Part shown: positions 53,963-64,000 of the stretch, piece after piece
Numbering within the stretch: the stretch's first letter is position 1
Layout of the letters: each line of letters begins with the position of its first letter
Assembly (NCBI GenBank): GCA_951406725.2
Contig: OX597815.1
Span: 200,570,001-200,634,000, forward strand
Direction: 5' to 3'
Origin: Octopus vulgaris
Lineage: Eukaryota
Length of the DNA: 64,000 bases
Made by a program: the position numbers and the translations under genes
The notes under the pieces: generated by a model
The model's database searches: none
The model's input: the letters and a program-made list of their open reading frames with translations, nothing else
Told to the model about the DNA's origin: nothing

Positions 53963-54569
53963 TAAGGAAAATTTTTTTTTTAAATGCAGAATGCTCAAAT
54001 GAAAGAAAATTTTAATAAAATGAGAAATTGATAAAATATATAAATATATATTTATTCAACCGGTTTTCGTCATTGTATGACTTGTCAAGAATATTTATGT
54101 TTTAAAAAGTTTTTTTTTTAAATTAGAAAGGGGAAAAAAGAAAATTGCATTGTTTTTTGTAAAAGAATAATGATAAAAATGTACAAAAATTAAAATCCCT
54201 TTGGATCTTAACACCTCAAGGTAATTTTTTCGTGAACAACCATAAAACTCAAGATACACAACGAACTCACAATGTATCGGAGAACTTATTTTTTAATTTT
54301 TGTACATTTTTATCATTATTCTTTTACAAAAAACAATGCAATTTTCTTTTTTTCCCCTTTCTAATTTTTAAAAAAACTTTTTAAAACATAAATATTCTTG
54401 ACAAGTCATACAATGACGAAAACCGGTTGAATAAATATATATTTATATATTTTATCAATTTCTCATTTTATTAAAATTTTCTTTCATTTGAGCATTCTGC
54501 ATTTAAAAAAAATGTTTCCTTACTTATCATTTCTCCACGTGCGGTCAACACAACCCCACCATTTATTGA

Positions 54570-54571
<2 letters not shown>
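53960..54571 (+). mobile_element. Fold-back element 1: ~236-bp near-perfect arms, U3-A8 HHR-like motif, 46-nt tail
   Basis: Arms 53960-54195 and 54291-54525; tattc-TTGACAA-GTCA(tacaa)TGAC-GAAAAC-CG-GTT-gaata at 54393-54433; between (TA)n tracts. Confidence 0.85.
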
Positions 54572-54618
<47 letters not shown>

Positions 54619-54660
54619 TCACACACACACACACACACATATTTATACACACACACACAT

Positions 54661-54689
<29 letters not shown>

Positions 54690-54691
<2 letters not shown>

Positions 54692-55410
54692 GGAGAGGAA
54701 AAATAATAAGACAGAATGCTAAACTGAAAGCAAATTTTAATAAAAATGGGTGTAAGAAAAATTTAAAAAAGGAAACCAAATTGGCTTTGATTGTATGGCA
54801 AATTTTCAAGATTTGGAAGGGAAAATTTCTTCTTTAAATTGAGGAAGGAAAAACAATTCTTAATAATGCAAGCTCCACGTTGACCGTATTACTTTTTCTA
54901 GCATCCTATCTAGAAAATTTAGATACAAGCATCCTGTTTGACAAAAAAATCCAGCATTCCATTTAAAGAGTATATAATCTATAGAATTTTTTCCCCTTAT
55001 TCACAGGAACTGGATAACTCCTACCTCATTTCTTGTTTTGTCACATAAACACCCAACAAAACACTACACCAAACACATTCCAAAGACGTTTTTCCATGGA
55101 ATAATATTGACCTCTAAAAGGATAAAGACACTACAATGTATTGGTATACAAATTAATAATTTTTGTATATATTTATTATTATTTTGAAAAAACATTGTAA
55201 ATTTTTTTCTCAATTTAAAAAAAAAATTTTCCCCTTCCAAATCTTGAAAATTTGATTTGCAATGAAAGTCGATTTGATTTCCCTTTTTTAAAATTTTTCT
55301 TAGACATATTTCTATTAAAATTTGCTTTCAGTTTAATATTCTACCTTATCGTTTTTTCCTCTCCTATCATTTCTCCACGTGCAGTTACCACAACCCCACC
55401 ACTTACTGAC
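54690..55410 (+). mobile_element. Fold-back element 2: older, diverged arms, same tail as element 1
   Basis: Arms ~54690-54855 and ~55200-55366; tail ATCATTTCTCCACGTGC..CACAACCCCACCA shared with 54526-54571; HHR-position remnant TTGAAAA..GAAAG at 55239-55280. Confidence 0.75.
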
Positions 55411-55578
55411 TTATATATATATATGTGTGTGTGTGTGTATATATATATATTTATAATTTATAAGTTTAAATTATTAAAATAATTTTTTGATTTTTAACTT
55501 TTATATTTTTCTATTATTTTTATGTATTGGTTTATGTTTTTCACTGTTTGATTTGCCTAATAGTGGTTTTATCTCTAA

Positions 55579-55615
<37 letters not shown>

Positions 55616-55618
<3 letters not shown>

Positions 55619-56432
55619 GTGTACTCCACAAGGTTTGAGGCGGTTGTAGGGACGCATATATAACAGTCCTAGATCACTGTAATTTTAGTACACCATTAAT
55701 ATACATCTTATAAGCTAATCTGCACAATTTGTTTTTCTAGATTGAAGGAGACGCTTGTACACCACTTTTAATTCACCTCCCAAGACAGTGCTTGACACGG
55801 TTTACAAGTTTGCAGAATGTATGTGAAATCAATTTAAAAGCTCGCTATGCAATAAAGGTTTGTGTTAAACTGTCCCAAACCACTATAAGAACTTATGAAT
55901 TGCATAGGATTGCTTGCGAATTAACTTGTATGAGCCGATTATTTGCTTTCCTGGAATAAGTGTGAAAGCAAAGCAGGTCAGTCGAGAAGTATATGGTGAT
56001 CCTCAAGTCCAGCAGCAATGGTATCACCTTCATCAGCTGGCCATCTCCTAGCCAGACAGCCGACAAAGGGTTCCTCGTAGATGTAGTAATGGATACCAGA
56101 ATGAGATTTCATCCTAAGTGTCCAGAGGATCAGTACCAGAACAATGCACGTTTCCAAAATTCGTTCTTAGTGACAACCTACTAAAGAGTGATTGGCGTCA
56201 AGATTGTCTCAAATCCTCACTACAATCCAGATCTTGTTCCCCGTAACTTTCGGGTTCCCCAAGCTGAAGAACATAAAGGATCCTATAATAAATGTCCTGG
56301 ACACTTTCGATTTAGAGGGCTTTCATTGCAGCTTTACACGTGCATTAATGCCAGAGGATCCTATTCATAATGTGATGAGAATTTTGTACAAATGTCTCTC
56401 CTTAAATAAAAAACTCGAAACTTATGGAATGT
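55616..56432 (+). mobile_element. Decayed, internally deleted mariner
   Basis: RYAIKVCVKLSQTTIRTYE (N-terminus), YQNNAR (HQDNA-like), NPHYNPDLVPRNF (HPPYSPDLAPCDF-like); degenerate TIRs. Confidence 0.8.
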
Positions 56433-57323
56433 AGCTCCTGTCACTCTCTATTTCTCACTATCTCCCACTCTCACTCACTCTCTTTCTCGCTCGCTTTCTC
56501 TCTCTCCCGACGCACATTCCACATTGGCTAACAACTTTCTGTTGGTGATTAATTTAAATTTTATACCCGAATTTGAATTATCCTTTTTTTTCACATAAGA
56601 AAATAGTTATAAAACTGCATAAAGATCCAACGAGGTTTAACATAATAGATAGTGTGATGTAAACATGTTTTTCTCTAAATTATACATTACTGAAGCAGAT
56701 GCTGTTGCCCGAATAATAATGCGATATTTTGCATGTCTCTACTAAACAATGTTTGATGTAAGCTCAAAACTGAGGTTCGTTCCACGTTGACACGTAACAG
56801 AAATGCATATCCTACGCATAATGATATTGCTAGCACTGTATAACTGATATAACTGACATTTAACAACTTGTAGGGGATAGGGAACCCAACTGAAGATAGA
56901 ATATACGAAGAAATACAATGCTGTACAGCTACAAAATAAAGCAATTTATTAATATGAAATTATACAAGATTTAGAGACATGTGGATGTTGTGTACTTTTA
57001 GATTTGCAATCGAACTGTTCTTGGGGAAATGCTCAGAACGTGGATGTGTATTGTAATTTAAAATAATGGACTATTCTAATATACTCTGTCGTCTTTCGCT
57101 TCTTCTTTTGTTAGTTTAAACGCTGAGTGGGTGGGGCAGAAAAATGCAAGGGGTAATATATGCGATATAAAATTTCCAAAACCTATTTTGTGCTAGAATA
57201 TTTTAAAGTAAAATCATAAACGTTAAAGAAACTCATTCGAAAACTATATTTTGCTTACCCGTAAACTGGGTATTTTTTAAATATCATATGGGTGAAAAAA
57301 TCACTGTGTAAACGAAATTGGAA

Positions 57324-57532
<209 letters not shown>

Positions 57533-59743
57533 ATATATATATATATTTACATTTTGTCGCATGCACAATGATATATGATACAGTGATATAGATTTTTCAG
57601 ATATATACATGATACTTTTGAAAAAGAGAAAAGTTTCAATTTTGCAATTCTTTCAGCTTTGCTTTTTCAAGATCAATTTATAAGAAGTATAGAGTAGATC
57701 TCCCGGAAATCGAAAAATGCAATCTTGAAAAACTTAATTTCCTTTAATCTCTGTCTGAGAATCATTTTCGGGGGAGACACGAGGAATATCTCTCAAACCA
57801 ATAACTACTTTCAAGAATGCTTTGCCATTATTGTGCAATTGCTTAGTTACGTAAATATTTTCTGGTCAATATGAAGGTAGGTTCGCAGGTAGATTTCTCC
57901 AGATTACTTGGGACTTATTAATAACAAAACACGAGCATGTGGCTCAACCTCTCCTGCTTATGTCATGAGTTTACTGTAAAAGAAATATGTAATCATAGAA
58001 CGTTTTACTTCATAATGTTGCCTACAGGAGTAATATAAGAGAATAGCCGCAATTGACCTTACACCTGGGCGGCTTTTGTTGAAACACAGTATGTTTTCTT
58101 ATACGTTTAGTTCTTCTGTTGTGACGTCGTATTTCTATACAACAAGATTTACGTTACCAGCAAGATTCTTTGACGTGAACATTTTAGGATGACATTAACA
58201 CATTTTATAAGATCAAACCATTCACCCACGTTAATTTCGGCTAGTATGGATTTATATGATATATCGAGGCATTAAGTGCGATTTAAAGTCTGATAAATAG
58301 TAAATGTGTATAGGGGGGAAATGCATGTATATATCATGGTTCTTTCATTTGACATGAATTTAAGCTATGTCACTTGAAGGTAGAACTCTTTATTTCGCAC
58401 AATAAATATCCAGAAAGAGACATCGTGAATAGATAAGACATTAATCTACAGCCATCGTCAAACCTTTGCTGCACCAGCAATTACATTGTTGGACTACATT
58501 TGATCATAAGGCACAGAAACAGAATAAGATAAAGTGGTACTTAGCCGGGAATCAACATGCAAGTTAAAATGAAGTCGAACGATACGGTATACCAGGTTGT
58601 CCAAATCGCGATTCTGTGACAGAATGCGTTTCCATTGAACGCTTTTGCTCAATTTTATGTAAACGTATTCATCAAATATTGCTAGACCTTCGTCTCCGAC
58701 AATTTCAAATATCAGAATTTGTCTCTACGATTTAACAAATATATGTTTCTTTTACTGATCTTTTTACTTAAATTCAGATAACGAACAGTCTGTAATTGAA
58801 TTGGCAGCAATAAAATAAAATATAGATTATATTTTTTTATGATGACAGACGTCATTCTTATCAGAAAGGCAAGACAGTTGAAAGATAATTCATATGTACA
58901 GTGATAAGAAATTGTAAACGATATTATCATAGTACATAAGTTAAGTATACATTTATTGAGAAAGTAATGCATGTGGGATCGTGAAATTATTAAAGAGATT
59001 CTTTCTCGCTCTGACGTTAATGTTTTAAGTTCATTTCTTTTTTATCTCACGCAACTTAGAATGAATAGACGTATATTCGAAAGTGTTACATGTGATAACA
59101 TTTCGTGGATAGTTCCTTCTGAGAAAGTGATTTAATGACAACGCTTGTAAAAATTTTCTCCCTTTTTAGTATAACTTGAAGAGAATATAGATGCTATTTC
59201 TAACGGGCCTAGTAAAATAAATCAAAAGTAAAAGAAAAAAAAAGTAAAGGGAACTCTTGCTGGCATGTAAAAATCAATGTTAAGGAATGCGTGGATTGGT
59301 GGCGTAGATGTACGCTTGCATTAACTATTGCCGTCAAAATCTTATAGAGAACGCTTGTGACAAAAGAAAAACAAATCATGGCTTCACAATGAATAGCTAT
59401 GAGAAGGCAAGGACACGTAGTTTCTGACCGTGTTGGCTGGTATTTCTAGCATGTAAAAATTACCTGTTAAAGTGTAATTTTCTATTTTGAAATACGAATA
59501 TGTTGTCTATTGACTTTTTATACATGCTAGGCCACTGGTGGTTATATGTATAACGAGTATTCGCCACCCTATATATATACACACATATATATATACAGAT
59601 ATATATATATATATGTGTGTATATATATATATATACACACATATATATATACAGATATATATACAGCTGTAAGACCTTCTATCTATAAATGCTCTAATAT
59701 CCATACAGCCTTGGCTTTTTATCTTATTACGCAAAAAATTCTC

Positions 59744-59810
<67 letters not shown>

Positions 59811-60755
59811 ACTTTATGCCCTGACTAAAAAATACTTTGCCCAAGAGAATATAGAAGATCCAGTATGGAGAGACGACATAATAAATGTCACTATAACTAA
59901 GTATATTTGACTATTTTTGACAATACGTCTGTTTGTGGCTAGTTATAAATCTATGCAAGGTAGAACATGTATTAATGTACAAATGAATAAGCTTTGTGCA
60001 ACAGGTCACCTACAGAGGTAAGTTGATAGAAATGTAGAGACAACCTGCGAAAGAGTTTATTAGAAATGATAACTTGGCGATTGCTGAGGAGAAATTGAGA
60101 TGGGTTATAAGGACTAATACGAGACAGAATCAACACTATTAATTATCAACACATTCACGAAATGGAATGCCAGAAACAATAGTATTCATTTGCAATATTA
60201 TGTTTCAGTGTTCGAAATGGAATATGAATGGAAGTCGTTATTTTGGACTTATGCCCGAAGTGTTCGAGCTTAAACGAGTAATTTTGTTTGAAGAAATGAA
60301 ATTATCATTTCTTATCGAGTTTATCTTCAAAGGATGTTATCTAAATTACAATGAAATTGTAACTGTAACTATTAATCGAAATTCATTCATAGTATTGTGA
60401 TTTATGTAATGTAACACGATGCACAAATGCAGCAAGATACACCTGTGTCTCACATGTGATAGATAGGTCTCTTGTATCTTACACATACACATCCATAATT
60501 TTACATATCGAATATAATATGCATACGTGTCTCATATGTATATGTTACAAGACTATGCGCATATGAAAAATTGTGTGAGCTTTAGTGATCGTGTATTTAA
60601 AAGAGATTACATGATTGCTACAACAATAAATATAGTTTGCTAAGTGAGTGTAGAGTATATATATATATGTATATATATATATGTATATATATGTATGTAT
60701 ATGTATATGTATATATATATGTATATATATATACATATATATATCTATATATCTA

Positions 60756-60788
<33 letters not shown>

Positions 60789-60809
60789 GTCTATCTATCT
60801 ATCTATCTA

Positions 60810-60844
<35 letters not shown>

Positions 60845-60876
60845 TTATGTGTGCTTGCATGTATGTATGATTGTAT

Positions 60877-61117
60877 GTGAGGGCATGAGGCTTGTGTTCG
60901 ATTTTCTAAAACCGCATTGAATGCTTGAGCAACATACTCTGTTTCACGGTACTCCTAGTTTCAAACGGTCGGCCTTGTCACCCTTTGTGTCACGCTGAAT
61001 ACTACTCAGAAATACATTAAGTGGACGCGTGAATTTTGACTGGTCAGTCACTTAGATGCTGTTCCGTTGCCGAGATCAAGTGGACCCCACGTCGTCGTAA
61101 TCGACGGAATGCCACTT
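60877..61117 (+). mobile_element. Decayed SINE-like repeat
   Basis: GTTCGATT B-box-like motif, CTTGAGCAA CORE-like block, GC-rich end GTCGTCGTAATCGACGG; single copy in window. Confidence 0.55.
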
Positions 61118-61755
61118 ATAAATATATGTGTGAGTCTTAATGTAATTATCTATGCATGCATATACATACATACATACATACATACATACATACATACATA
61201 CATACATACATTCTTACATGCACACTTTATTACATATGGCAGTTGGTTTTTTAAAACTTATAATGGTTTTAGAAAAGAAAATATGGAAGATATGAAAAAC
61301 AGATAAGCAGAAACTACGCGTCTTGCTTCTTAATATTTACTAAAGCAGAGCAAAGGCAGAATCGTTAGCACGCTGCGCGTAGATGAGAACTATAAAATTA
61401 AACCGTTTTCGATAAGGGCTCAAACTGTACTCGAAGCAGTTATTTTTTATCATTAGTGTACACACACGCCCACGCTATCACGCACGCACAGACATACGCA
61501 CTATCTCACGTACACACACATGCATACATACATACATACAAGCACACACATGTAAAAGAACAATATCTAATACGGATTCTGACAATTTATGTGACTCTCG
61601 CAGTAGGCCCGTCCGACGGATTTGGACATCAGTTCATCTACTAATCAATGACAAAACAACTAAATTGACAGTGTCTGCCATATTAAAAAATTCAAACAGT
61701 CCTGCGAATTAATCTCTATAGAGAGCATTATATAAAGTGTAAAGTTAGGAGTAAA

Positions 61756-61830
61756 GTCGAGAGTCCCAGATGAACCTACCGTCGAATGTCCCAGATAAAC
61801 CTACAGTCAAGAGTCCCAGATGGACCTACC
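61756..61830. repeat. Minisatellite, 25 bp x3
   Basis: GTCRARWGTCCCAGATRRACCTACM three times, contiguous. Confidence 0.9.
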
Positions 61831-64000
61831 TCACAGCAAGAGGTGTAAATGAGATAGCTACATCAAGCTCCATTCTTCACACTGTGCCACATATTGGAGG
61901 AGGCTCTCAGTAATAACAGTGTAGGAAAACGGCGGTGAAACAGCATGGCCACAGCTCTGAGCTGAAACTAGAGACAACAAAATATATATGTCGTGAGTGT
62001 ATGCTTATGTCTACGCGGGTGCGTGTGTATGTGTGTGTATGCGTGTTGCGTGTGTTTTGGCGCAATGCTAGTTTGGTAGAATGAAGATGAAGAATTAACA
62101 AACAGATAATAGCTTAGGTTTGATAGTGTCAAGTAAGTGTCAAGTAAGCACGGAGTCAGGTAAAATACGCCTTCGCATCACTGCATGCCTCTCGTATTAT
62201 GGAACCGATAAAGGAAATAATACTATCGCTCCCAGTGTCAAATTGAAATGTTCGCTTCCTTTCATTGACTGATTCAGCTTGTTTTATGCATTACTCTTCT
62301 GAGCTACTTTCTCGTTAAAGATATCAATATGCTGAAATGTCTCACGCAATGTTAAATTGTAAGTTTATTTCAAATACTTGGATTTCAAATTAAAGTAAAC
62401 ATCATGACGAAACGCAAATTTCAAAAGAAGAAAATTCAACTCAAGTTGCAATCTTAATTCCTGAAACTCAACTTCACTTGACGCTCATCACTTACGAACA
62501 CGTTACTCCACGAACTCTGACTTTATTCAGCAAACGAAATACCCCTTACCGAAATGTTTTACAATATTATACTGCACCTTCTCACAACATATATATAAGT
62601 TATGCTTTGGAAACTGAAAGCTTTAAGAATATTCTTCTTAATCTTACCCCACCCCATGCTGTAGAAAAATCTTTTCCTCAATATTACAGAAGAACAGAAA
62701 TATCTCATGTTGATGCTAATAACAGTACTTCTGTATCCAGATGATATTTGTAGGTTACTGCACCAGGAATTTAGGCTATATAGTTGATGCATGGGGGTAC
62801 CTTAATTGCTCGAATGTGAGGGTTTTCCTTGCATGCCTCTTTTAAAATTGATTCGCTGAACGTGTATTTTCTATTGTCCTTGCCAAGCATCTCTAACTCA
62901 TCTCGTGAAGATGTGCATTAAACTGATTATATCAAGGTTTTCCACATTTTGCCATGGTTAAATAAATTAGATCGATATTGACTTAAACTTCTGACCGATT
63001 TCAGTACCAGTAATTTAAATCTGTGTAATTGAAGAAGTTATCTGATGAAAATCTTATAAACTTCTAGATCTGGGAATGAAATAATCCATAGAATTTAATA
63101 AATACATATTCAAACATTTATTCTTCGATAATTTTGAAATTAACAATATAATACTTCGATCAGAAATAGGAATACATCAATATATTTCGCAATTCGACAA
63201 CGGTTACATTTACATATTAATTTATTACGTAGGCCGTCTCTTGGATATACTCTTATAGGATGCATCATTCTAACCAGTTAATGTGATGTACCCACTTATG
63301 TGATCCTTTTTTGTATAGATCTAGCTAGCATTTTAACGAGTCAGATACACTCACAACAAAAGAGTTGTAACAATGAAGAGGAATCTAAGATATTAGTTCA
63401 GAAATTTCGTACCATGTTAAGGCGATCCTTTCTTGATTTTAATTTTCTTATGACAGGAGGATAGTCGTCTTGTCTTTTCAGTTTTTATTTTTCGTTCGTA
63501 TAATTGCCCATAAGCTCAAAGGAATGCTGGTCATGGCATTTCAGCTTTATTGCACCTAGCCTGCAGGGTGTAAGGTAATGTTGAATAACTACATTATATT
63601 ACTTACATTGCCGAGAAAAATATTTTGAAAACGAGAGAATGAAAGGTTGTTGATGGTATCATCTTTGCTCATAGTGGATTAGTTGTATATAAATTGACGG
63701 TATTATTGTTTTAAACATAAGTGCAAATGCAGGTACAAGGGCACGAGTTTACGAGAATAATGCAAAATGGGCATCTATCAAATTGCATGTTGCTAGAATA
63801 ATGCTTCTTCTACAAAAATATTTCATGCTATTCTTCCCTGTCTCGTGTTCCAGAAGTAGAAACCTAGCGTCATTGAGTTCTTGACAAATGCGGGGTACAA
63901 AGTATCAGACATCAATTCAAGTCAAAGGGTTGATTAGAGATATGATATTATTGATCGAATCAATGCTATTACCTGGATTACGATATTTACAGAAAGGGAA

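Noticed and set aside
61756-61830. 25-bp repeat x3 as a CRISPR array
   Set aside because: Units are contiguous with no spacers, there are no cas genes, and the context is eukaryotic
62470-62960. Possible Tc1 remnant on the minus strand (WSNVFVSDE)
   Set aside because: A single short motif; no TIRs found

Overview
AT-rich eukaryotic non-coding DNA, probably from an octopus (inferred from SINE families I recognise and the very high (TA)n/(CA)n density). I cannot support any host protein-coding gene, and almost all short ORFs in the track are microsatellite artefacts. The window is a mosaic of tRNA-derived SINEs (at least four families), LINE remnants (RTE, Hero-type, CRE, CR1), Tc1/mariner remnants and four copies of a non-autonomous Helitron. 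The main unexplained signal is a dense set of type I hammerhead ribozyme (HHR) motifs, about a dozen from several small non-coding repeat families, often in fold-back structures next to (TA)n, as expected for Penelope-like element (PLE) pLTRs or retrozymes. The best candidate system is a ~357-bp non-coding HHR monomer. It occurs singly (10621-10959) and as an inverted plus head-to-tail tandem insertion with a 12-bp target-site duplication (43034-43708). A sister family (12272-12533, 13770-14028) shares a covarying hairpin domain, and a piece of the monomer sits inside two Helitron copies. Several HHRs have recurrent non-canonical cores (U3-A8, A6U, unpaired 10.1/11.1). All folds and alignments were done by eye; boundaries of decayed elements are approximate.
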